A DNA stretch of 50,732 nucleotides from assembly GCA_043823005.1 (NCBI GenBank), contig JBDRBG010000022.1, positions 1 to 50,732 on the forward strand, in the 5' to 3' direction. This document shows, piece by piece, positions 1-11,000 of the stretch; position 1 is the stretch's first letter, and the number at the start of each line of letters is the position of its first letter. The stretch is from Candidatus Omnitrophota bacterium (GTDB lineage: Bacteria > Omnitrophota > Gorgyraeia > Tantalellales > Tantalellaceae). The position numbers were made by a program, and so were the translations under genes. Under the pieces are notes generated by a model. It saw only the letters and a list, made by a program, of their open reading frames with translations. It was not told the DNA's origin and made no database searches.

Positions 1-175
1 CAATGCCTATGTCATCCACGGATAAAACGATATCTTCTTCCGACGAAACAGCCGGCGCTTGAATAGAATCTGTAGTAACGGCAAAAGCCGTGTTTTGAAA
101 AGGAAAAGAAAAAACTAAAAACAAACTAATAAGTTTAAAAACCATCGACTTTTTTAAAGATTTTCCTGACAGCAT
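1..175 (-). CDS. 5' end of a signal-peptide protein, probably another giant-family protein (runs off the left edge; not in the ORF track)
   Basis: ATG at 175 preceded by AAGGAG (181-186). Frame is open to base 1: MLSGKSLKKSMVFKLISLFLVFSFPFQNTAFAVTTDSIQAPAVSSEEDIVLSVDDIGI. The signal peptide ends AFA and resembles that of the 5.2k-aa protein. Confidence 0.75.
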   Translation of the reverse strand, partial: MLSGKSLKKSMVFKLISLFLVFSFPFQNTAFAVTTDSIQAPAVSSEEDIVLSVDDIGI

Positions 176-368
176 TTTTTCTCCTTACGTTAAGGTTGGG
201 TTTTAATGTTAAAACAATTAAAGAAAAAAGCGCTATGCCCCTCCTCGTCTTTGCGAGCAAAGCGAAGCAATCTATAAACAATGTAGTAGGGTCTTTTTTC
301 TTTTTATAGCTGAACTATTACAAAATATTGCGCTATCTAACTTTTTATAAAGCTTACCTCACATATAT

Positions 369-397
369 AGTATATAACACCTCTTGTATGTTGTCAA
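369..397 (-). promoter_or_regulatory. sigma70-type promoter for the left-edge gene
   Basis: TTGACA (397-392), 17 nt spacer, TATACT (374-369) on the minus strand. Confidence 0.7.
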
Positions 398-495
398 TAA
401 GACTTTTACTGGCTATTTTCATAACTAACAAGGGTTCTGTTTTCTTGGTTTTTAGATTGCCGCGGTCGCTCTTGCTCCCTCGCAAAGACGACTTT

Positions 496-547
496 GGTTG
501 ACGGTTGATCGTTGGTTCGTTGACTGTTAACCATCAACTATCAACCG
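496..547. repeat. Heptameric tandem/inverted repeat (GGTTGAC/GGTTGAT... then CATCAAC/TATCAAC)
   Basis: About 7-nt periodic units followed by inverted units that can fold back. Confidence 0.6.
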
Positions 548-734
548 AATAAAGATTGCCGCGGCACTCGCTTGGCTCGTGCTTCGCAATGACGAATGAG
601 GTTTTGTCATTGCGAGCTTCGAGCCATGCGAGAAGCGCGGCAATCTATTTCTCTTTTTGAGTTGCTTCGGATCTCGTTTACCTCGGTCCTCGCAATGACA
701 AAATATGAACTTCCAGTTTTTCCTATACGCTAAA

Positions 735-2046
735 TTACGCTTTAATCATCACTTCTCTTAAATAGCGTTCATAATACCTTCTAATATTGCTTTCAAGATC
801 AAAAGCCCGCGTTTTCGGCTTATACACAAAAAGCCCTGAGGGTTTTTCCTCTAGCCCGGGCACAAGATATTCCATATCGCCCTGTTCACGTGAAATCAAA
901 AGATTAAAAAATATTTCATATTGATTAACATTGGACATTGCTTCAGGTGACATGTTTATCTGTAATAAATTATATTTTGAAGCAATTGTACTATACTTCA
1001 ACGACCCGTTTATGCATCTAAACCCTGTATTCAGAGGATCCACCCCTTCACAGGCATTACTTAACTTTGTGTAAATATCCCCTGTTTCATACTGCGCCCT
1101 GTCAAGAATAACAACATCATCTTCTGATACAATTCTATCCAGCATCCATATATCCATAAGCATCCGCTTAAACGTATCTTTTTCTTCTCTTGTCATGTTC
1201 TTCTCAGGCGCGACAATAAAAAACTTATCTTTATTCGGATCCGATGAAACTGTCAAGCCTTGCTGGCGCCGGCGTTTTTCTATTTCAAGGCCGGGTGGAA
1301 TTATTGTTGATCCGTCTTTTAAATAGATATTAGCTCCGTCAGCAAAATGAACCAGATAATGTGTTTTTCTGTTATCTACTGCCCGCTTTAAGTATTCCAC
1401 ATGACCTACTTTTGAATCTGTTTCCGAATGAAAAATACTAAACGCTTTTTCTATTTTTATTTGATAAAGACTTTTTTCGCTTAAGCTATAAGACCTTCCC
1501 TGAGGCAGAATTCTGGCGATTATATCCGAATTAACCGCAAGGTCTTCCAGAAGTTTTGCCACCTCCTCATTAATTTCTTCTAATACTTCAACTATCTCAG
1601 AAGTATCTACACCCGCAACCACTTCATTTGAGGAATCAATAGAATCAATCTTATCCTGCAATTCTTCTATTTTTCTCTCATGCGTATCCAGTTCTTCCAC
1701 AGTAAAAGCCCCATGCAATCGATTTTGCTTCTTACTCTGCAATACAGGAATAATATTTTTCTCAGCTTTTTCAATAAAATCCGTTATGATTTCCGCAACT
1801 TCCGAATAAAGATTCCCGCCATTAAACTCAACACTTTCATCTATACAGAAAAATAAACACGCTAAACCTGCAGTCATCCCTTCAAACTGCTCGAAACGAT
1901 CGACAGAACCCTTTATCCTTAAAATGTTTTCTACCCCGGCAATATCCTTTAACCTCTCTATGTCGTCTATTTCGCCGGACTGTTTTTTAGCCTGATCCCT
2001 TAATTTGTCATATATATTTTCAGGAAGCCCCACAATCACCTTTACA
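735..2046 (-). other. Conserved C-terminal domain of unknown function (paralog at 32139-33248)
   Basis: Aligns by eye: HYLVHFADG/HYLIHYADG, PPGLEIEKRR/PLGLEIQKRR, NQYEIFFNLLIS/NQYEVFVNLLIS, YERYLREVMIKA/YERYVLEVLVKA. Confidence 0.9.
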
Positions 2047-5000
2047 TTATGACTCTTTTTAGTAATACTCTTACGCGCTTTCACTATACGTTCTTGAAAT
2101 TTTCTGTCTCTTTCAGTAAGTAATTCTAAGCCTGAACAGGCACGCACCTGTTTTAATATTCTTGCAAGCTCCGGATGGATCCTTATTATTTTTCCTGCAT
2201 CAGGGATTTCCACCTCTTCAGCCAGTAGATCTTTCAACGCATCCAGCGCTCTTTTTTCGCGTATTCTTTCACTTCGATGAAATCTTTTCCAGATAAAACC
2301 TCCGAACTCTTCAAAAGTCTCAATAAAATCTTCCACCCGGTTTTTTTTGCGTTCTTTTACTATACGCTCATAGTTATTTCCTGTTTCAAAAGCATCCGAT
2401 ACTATAAGCACGGTCATCAAAAGACATAACATGGATTCACGTTCACGTGAAATCTTTCCTGCTGAAATACCTTCTTTGAGCCGTCTCTCAAAAACATTAT
2501 AATCATGATGAAATCTTATCAAAAGTTCCATTTCAAGAGAAACTTCTATGTTATTTTTTCTAAGAAACTCAATCGAGTCTCTTCCATGGTTAAATATGTT
2601 TTTTACTACTATCTCTTCTTCATCGGAAAGATCTTCCTTAAGGTTCCTCTTTAATACGATATATTTTATATACATCCGATATAAAGGATAATAATCGCCT
2701 GTTTCTCTTGCTTTATCCATCGTTATCCTTACATCTTCTATATAAGGAACATTTTTATCAATAAGAACTTTTGCGCTGGCCCAATCATAAATCCCTATTT
2801 CCGTCGGTTCTACGCTTCCACCCGGCGCGTTTTTAATGCCTATGTCCATTCGATGTTTAGCTTTTTTAAGATGCGGCGCCAGTTTTTGTTCCGCTCCGAG
2901 ATCATGTAATTGAATGGCTCTTTTTAACAACAAAAGATCATATTTTTTAAACTCGCACCCTTGATCCTTAAGTTTTGCGACTATTAACCGGGCTATTGCT
3001 TCAACCCTGTTCGAATGTTTTTGGGTACGCGAACTCATATTTTTCAATAATTCTTTTATTATTTTGTCTCCTTCCGGACTCATTATCCGCTTTTTCCGAA
3101 AATCAGGCATATTATAAATCGACCGGCGAGGAATAAATATAGTCTTCTTCATCATATTTTCGGTTACTTGCTCAAAAATACAAAGATTTTTTCTGGTTTT
3201 CAAAGTCCCGGGATCCAGAATATTCCCGAGTTCTTTATATTGATCTTCTTCAATAGTCGCCAGACTGCCGTTTGATAAAACATACAAATAGGCCTTGTCC
3301 TGCCCGTCATAGCTATACCTTACTTTCATATTATCACTAAAATTTTTCTTCATAGTTATTGCTATATCTTTAAAATCTTTATATCCTATAACATATTTAT
3401 CATTCTCTATATCTTCCAAAACCCGGCTTCTTCCAACACGTCTATACTGGTTAAGTTTCCATTGAAGGTTCTTCAAATAAAGCGTTTGCTCCCTTAATAA
3501 TTTACCTATCTCCCAAATATCATCTTTATTTTGCCCGGTTACTATTGTACGAATCTGCACTTCTTTTTCAGGATAGTACTTTTTTATCAAATCTAACATC
3601 CGCATTACGTTACGAAACTGCCATTTTTGGCGGGTAAAAGAATTTGTATTTTCATCATGCCCATCCAAAGATAAAGATATCATATTAACATAAGGCATTA
3701 TCTTATCTGTATCGCTTCTCTCATACATATATATATCATTCGCAAAAAGCCATGTTGTTATACCTTTTCGCTTCGCGCATTTTAAAAGTTCCGCGAGATG
3801 CGCAAGTGAATATTTGCTTCCGACAGTAAATACAAGACGCCGCATACCGTTTTCATACATAACATCTATCATCTTTTTCTGCGTTTCAAGATTAGCAGAC
3901 GCATGATCCGGAATATTGGCTTCCCAGGATACAGGACAATTACGGTCGTATTTTTCGCTTACGAGAAAATCCATGCCCGGAGGTAAAATACCCTTTCCTT
4001 CTGTTTCTGAAAAATGTCTTTCAATAATATTTTTAAGCCTCTTATAGCTTACAGAATCTGCTTTAAGAGTTGTCTTTTTAAAGATTTCATATACATCTCC
4101 CATGCAGAATTTCTTATAATCCCCGGGATCTGAGATCCTCCAAATACCGCTCATTTCTTCAGGACCGATCACTCTTTTCTGGCCGTTACTGAAAACTTTT
4201 TCATGTTTGCAGGTACGCGGATATAAATACATTCTAAGGCCCCAACTCTTATCTCTTATGATAAATTTATCTACTTCACATCCGGCTTTTTTTACTATTT
4301 CCTCCAGGTCATTACACCGTTTCGCAAATAAATTAGGCTCATCAAAACTTCCTTCCACGACAAACGCGGCTATCGCATGATCCCTATCAGGATAATTTAT
4401 TACCTCTGATATAATCTTTTCGCCATTCTTGTCCCTGGCAACAGACTGAATCTCAAATAATTCTACAGGCGCTTTTTCTCCTCTTTTAAAAAGGTTAATA
4501 TGCAGATGCTTTGTGAATTTAGCCCCGTATTTCCCGGGCCATGTTATTTGCCAATTTTTCAAGCCTTTAAGCATGGTCAAAACATCATAAAAATACTTCG
4601 GGTTCACGTCATCCTGCGGCATATGCTGTGAATTTATAGCTATAAACTGTGAAGCAAACACCGGAGCGGGTCTGGGAGAAAAGGTCCAATCGTCAGTTTC
4701 CGGCCGAGAAACCTCATTACTCCATTCCGAAACCGAACATAGATCGCATCTGCCTGACTCTCTTTCTTCTTTTATAGTCTTCCTGATCTTTTGAATATCA
4801 GGATCCCCTGTTGTACGGTCAAGAATTTTACACATATTCACACCGGGAGCAACAGACTCCTCTTTCTCCGCATTAATATATTTTTCTTTAAGAAAACCAC
4901 TCGCAATATTTGCTTTGATGCTATTATCAAGCACTTCATGCAAGTTAGAATAATCATAATATATATTAGGTGCTTCTTCTGCTCTGAAAATGTCCCTGAC

Positions 5001-8000
5001 TTTTTTGATTATAACACCTAAAAGAGGCAAAACCGCAAGCATACCCCAAAAATGGGAACGAAAAGATTCATGTGTATATATAAGCTGTTTGATCTTTTCG
5101 GGTAAATATTCAAAAGCAGGATTATAAGTAACTCTTCCGCTAGACTGCCTATAAGCTATATCTTTACTCCTGGCTTTTTCAAGAAATTCGATATCATTTT
5201 TTAAAAGTCTATTTGAAGCACGATCACGTAACATATCATTGCAAAATGCGTCTTTCACAGCTTTTGCCATAATCCCATACCGCATACCGCACATAAAAAG
5301 ACCGAAAAATAAAACAAGCGCTCCCATCTGTTTTCCAAAAGAAATATCACGCGTAATAAGAAAAAATAACCAACTGGCTATACCCCAAAAAATACAAGCT
5401 ATAAAAAATGTCCTTTGCCATTTGACTGCGGACGCGACATTAAAAGCATGTTCTTTTGTTTTGTCCGCATCTTTTGTTAACTTGCTTAGCACAACTTTCA
5501 CATCCTGGGCTTTCGATTCTATGGCTTTCGGGAGCTCTTCTACTACCACTGAAAATTGCATTCTTTTCTCCTGAGAATCTTCTGCTTCTACTGTTTTATT
5601 TTGAAACAGTTTTTTTTTGCGTCTCAACATATCTACGGGATATTTCAACAACCCCTGACTGGGCATGACCAAAGCAATAATAGGCCAAAAAGGTTTTTGT
5701 CTGGAAATATCCGTCATATATTGCGTAGCCATAGATTTATTTAAAAACATAACTATTACAGGTATTGTAAGTTTATTCCGGGCAATTGTTGTAAGTGTAT
5801 TAGCCTGGCCTTTAAGTACCACAGCCATCAATGATCGATCTTTAAGTATTTCTTGAACTTCTTTGCTCAATTTATGTAAAAACAGGCCTTCTCCTGAAAA
5901 CCCCAGTTTGATTACTTTTATTTTTCCGTTTTTTTCATGTTCTTGAAGCACAGGATGAGCCTGAATTATATCTTTAATCCCGCTATAATCAATATCTGAA
6001 TATGAAAACCCGTCTTTAGCCGCAACCACCACTCTATGCCCTATACTTATTAAAAATGCCCACACAAGAGCATCTATTTCCGCTTCGCCGAAATTATCCG
6101 GACAATATAAAAATGTACCTTTTTTATTTCCAAATACAAGGTTTTCAACAGCGCTAAATCTTTTTTCAAACTTTTCGGGTAGTTCCTGTCTTGTTATCCT
6201 GTTCAGCATTTGCTTTATCTTTTCATTATTTAAATTGGAAATAGATTCCAAACTTGTTACGTCAAAAAGTTTTGGGTCCATAGATAAGTCTATAAAATTG
6301 GCCCTGACTGCCAAAAGAGCCAGTCTTTTAAATAATGTTCTGGCTTGCCTTTTATTTAATTTCCCGGCTCTCATAGCTTGCGGCATCTTTCGAACGGCAT
6401 ATTTTCTTAATCCCAGAATAAGCGAATCCATAGTTTTGACACTAAGATCATCAGGCTTATATTTTTCTACTTTCGCCTGCACCTTGGCAATAATATAGCG
6501 TTTGATCTGCTGAGGGGTAAATTTGGAAATATTAGGTCCCGGACACGGCAGTTTTTTCCCCGGCTCCGGAATTATAGCATTAAGATCTTTTTGCATATCT
6601 TTACGCACCACTTCCCATTCTTCTTCACCCATATACTTATCAAAAATGCTTTCCGCGAAAGACCTTAATGACCGTTCAATATCTTCTCGATCATCAGAGG
6701 TTCTTTCTTTTAAGAAATAGGGCCCCGGAACATACGCATATGTTTTCCTTCGTTCTTTATTTGGATTTATGGTACAGTTTAAAATATCCAGCTCCTCCGA
6801 AATATGTATATCTTCTACTTTTTCATCGCATACAACGATCTCTTCTCTTATATCTGAATTTTTTACTTTAGCTCCATCCGAAACGATTGAATCAAAAACC
6901 GTGGAATTCTCGACCAATGCTCTATACTCTACATATGAGTTCCTGAATATAGAATGATATAATGAAAATTTTGTGTCATATGTAGCCGGTTGTTTATACC
7001 GATAAATATTCAGATCACGTCTTCCCGCGAAAATAGTGTTTTTCGCGCGCACACCTTTCAGGTTAACATGTTGTCCGACATGAGTCTTTCCCGAAAGAAT
7101 GATCTCCCTGGACCTGCCGTCAAGCATAGTACCGTTTTCTATCCTAACAGTATCTTCAAGAATAATATCTCCGTACAAAAAGATCTGGTCAATACATTTT
7201 TTGCCGTTTTTATCGCTCCCGAATATCCTCATTAAAACCTTTTCGTCTGATTCCTGCTGGTTCTTTTTGAGCCATATCGTTGTCTTTTTATTAGTAATAA
7301 GCCCCAGATCAGCCAGGTTTATATCTACAAGTTTGGTCCTTTCCAAACAACCTGTTTCCGAAGGAATCAGATAACGGGTAGTTTTATCGTGTAACCGGTC
7401 CTTTTCAAAAATTTCATCTTTTGCCACTACCCCCTGAAGTTTGACTCCTCGTTCAACTACGCAATTGCCGCTTAAACAAACATCCCTGTATTTCCCGTCT
7501 AAAAAAGCACCTTTTTTAACCCTGACCGTGTACTCCAGATGAATATGTCCGCGTAAACGTGTATGACGATAATCTTCGTCCTTCGTTAAATTGTCACCAA
7601 ATATATTAGAAATAATATCATCCCAATCCCAATCAAAATCAAGGCCCTTTTCGCTAAAAGTAGAAATAGATACAGTCGTAGCTTCGTCATCTATGTCAAC
7701 TCCCAGTTTTCTTATTTTCTCCAGGATCATTTCCTGCAATTCGTCCCTGAAATCAAGTGTCCTTTGAAGTGTCTTAGTAGCTACAGGAGCCGGGTCTGTC
7801 CCAATATTGATAAGTTTTAACAAAGGTTCCGGATCCTGTTCCCGCGTTTGTCTAGTTTTATATTCTTCTGCCGCGATATTCACAAAATCAGTCGCCCAGT
7901 ATTCATGTAGTCTGCGTTTTTGCTGTCCTCTTTTACCCAGATCATGACAATAATCTTTAAATAAAACTCCTCTTTTTTTATAAGTCCATCGAGCGTTAAA

Positions 8001-11000
8001 AATAAAAATATTCGCGTTCGTTAAATAAGCAGGACTCTTCAGCTCCCCGTCTTGATACAATTTTTCCTGAAGAGAAGCCAGTTCTTCGGATTCTTGCTTT
8101 TCTTTTTCTCCCATAGAGTTCCACTCTTTGAGCCCTGTAGCAATTTGCCCGTATTTTGGGCTTTGTTCAACAAATATCCTGGCCCGTCCCTTCCCTCTTC
8201 CATCAACAGGAGTTTTAGCGGCAATTGTAATTTTAGGTAAAGTGTCTCTTTGCGGAGAAATCCGGTTTATTGTTTTTAAATATCCTATAAATATATAATT
8301 CTCGTATTTATCAAGCATCCATCCGGGAGAATCAGCGTGGACAATAACAGAATATGCCGCTTCTTCTAATTTGCCCTTTTCTTCAAGTTGTTCCAGAGCT
8401 TCAACATAAGCGCTTCCATGCCCCTCCCCGGAATCCAGAACAACTATACAATTTTTACCTAAAAGAGCGTCTTTACGGTTTTGATCTATATACTCTTCTT
8501 CTTCTAAAACCGCTTCAAAAATAATTTGTGAAATCTTGTCAGTCAAAAACTGGCCCCGGGCGTTTCCTCTTCCTGTCACGCCATAAACAGCGTCTGATAC
8601 CAAATGTACAACCATGGGAAGATCCCTGATCCCGTCAGAACGGCGCGTATATCGCATTTTAGCCCTTATTATATCTCCCACTTCCTTTCTTATCGGAGCT
8701 TGTTCCTGTTCATAAATATATCTGCTATTATATGTCAGTCTATGAATTAATCCTTTTTCGCCGCATATTCTCTCTTGTATACGCTCCTTAATTCTGTCAG
8801 AAATTTCCAGTCCCGATTTTAAAATCCTTAAAGCAGTCGAGGTATCTATTATTACAACATCCTCCAGTTTTCCAAACGCGGCTGAAATCCTGCTTAACTT
8901 GATCTGTGTATTATACTGGTCAGGTTTAAAAACCGGTTTTACAATAAGACCGTCAGGAGAAAAACGGGTCCCTTTTCCTCCTCCTATTACTATCACTCTA
9001 AGCCCGAAACGTTCCGTAAGATACTTAATCAATTGTTTTTCGTCCTCAAAATGTTTACCTTCCTCTTTAAGAATAAGATAAATAGTGTCAATAAACTCCC
9101 GGGCATTTTTTTTAGCTTCTTCCGGATCTTTCAGCCTCTGATATTTTACCAGGTCCCTGCCAAGCACTTCATCTTCCATAAGAATCCTAATATGACATTT
9201 TTTCGCATATTCGGCGATGACTTTTTCCAACGGGTCAAGGCCTTTCCATATCTTTCCTTCGATCTCATCTATGTTCTGCCATTCAAGATTTTTTTGATTA
9301 TTACCGGGTGGACTTTTAGCTTTTTCGTCGCGAAATAATTCTTTAAGAATATTTTTCAAAATAAGTTTTGCTATATTCTCCGGCTTAGAAAGATCCATAT
9401 CATTAAGAAAACCTTCCACAAAATAATATTGTCCGTTTTTCCTGAACGCGCAAAGCATTTCAAAAATCGGTTCCTGGCTGTCACGGATCTTATAATATCC
9501 TATATTTTTCCAAAACGTTGCTTGCACAAGCTCCCCTATTCTGTGAACTATTTGTTCTCTCCTATTGACATCAATAGCCTGTGTTTCATTAATTGTCCGT
9601 TGAAGAAAACTGCAAGCGGCTCGAATCTTTCTAAAAGATCTGATTTCTTCCTTTTCTCCGATCAATACATCTTTTCCTCTCTTTAAAATCTTAGATTTTA
9701 TATGCTCTGCCCTATCCTGCCTCAACCCTTCTGTCCTTATCATAAAAAAAGACGTGTCTGTAGACGCTGCTGCAGAGAATTTTTCTCCTCCGGGATTATC
9801 ATAATTTTGAGCGATATAAAGACTCTCCTGGCTATCAAGGAGGCTATCTTCCGAAGCAGAAATAACATTTTCTTTATTAAAACCGCACATATAAAGAGAA
9901 TTTATGACATCCTGAAGGTCTATCGTTCTCCTTAATTTATCCACCTCGACGATAAGTCCGCGATACCCCGTATTCTCTCTATAAACAACCATACTGTCCC
10001 TTTTTAAATCATAAAGACCCGGGCCCTTTTTCGTTTCAGGATCTTGCCCGAATTTCCACATGTTTAAATAAGCGCTGATCGCCGCTATATCAGCCTGTTC
10101 TTTTTCTTCTTCATTTACGGCAACAGAGGCTTTATATTCAACCAGTTCATTACCTCTTGCTATCTCACTCCCCACAATCAAAACATCATCATAGATAAGT
10201 TTCCGCGGGTCTACTATGTCTTTTGAGATACTAAACCCCCCTTGCCTTCCTCCTGCAAGTTCAGGCATAAACGCCTTAAGTATCTTGGGCCTGTAATCAT
10301 ATTCCTCTCTTACAGTATAGATCCTGGGCACATGGTTTTCTTCCTTAGCGCTTATTTCTTTCCAAAGCTCTGTTGACTCTTTTATCAAAGCCATATCAAA
10401 AATCGTATCACCTGAAACCGGCCATATAACTCGAATTTCCCTGTCTTCCGCAGATCCGTCTGTCATATAAAACGTTACATGATAAATCACTTTATGCCGG
10501 CCGTTCACAAACCATCTTATACAGATATTGTCCACATTATCCGGATCTATATCCATATTCCTGACAAATAATTTATCCCGCCTTAACCGCCTTTCAACAC
10601 GGCTCATTCCATCAAGAATATCAGCTTCTCTGACACTTTTCAGATACATCAAATATTTATCCCGTTCATAACAGCCTTCGTTCACCAAAACCTTAAGCGC
10701 TTCCAGCGCAAGCTGTCTTAACATTCTTGATTTGGAATATTCGACTATATTTTCAACTTTTTCGATATCCGCAATATCCGCTTTTTCAGGATCTCCTTGT
10801 ATTGACGAAATTGAGTCTGCCGCGACTACTTCACTTCCTCCTATTTCTCCCAGGCCTTCCGGATCTTCAACCTTATGAAGAACTAATTCCTGAAACATCA
10901 AGTCATAAAGCTTCGGAAATCTATCTTTAATGCCGGAATGCTCTAAAAGCAGCCATATCCCCATACGGGATATCCCCATTTCCGTAAGAATATGCTGAAC

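Larger units (their letters stand above)
247..709. repeat. Cluster of five family-1 REP-like palindromes (247-273, 454-490, 553-594, 606-646, ~659-709)
   Basis: Consensus AGATTGC(C/T)(G/T)CG-variable hairpin-TCGCAA(T/A)GAC. 553-646 is an inverted pair. The cluster lies just downstream of the giant gene stop at 735. Confidence 0.9.

Noticed and set aside
247-709. REP clusters as a CRISPR array
   Set aside because: Copies vary internally, switch orientation and are irregularly spaced. No cas genes.
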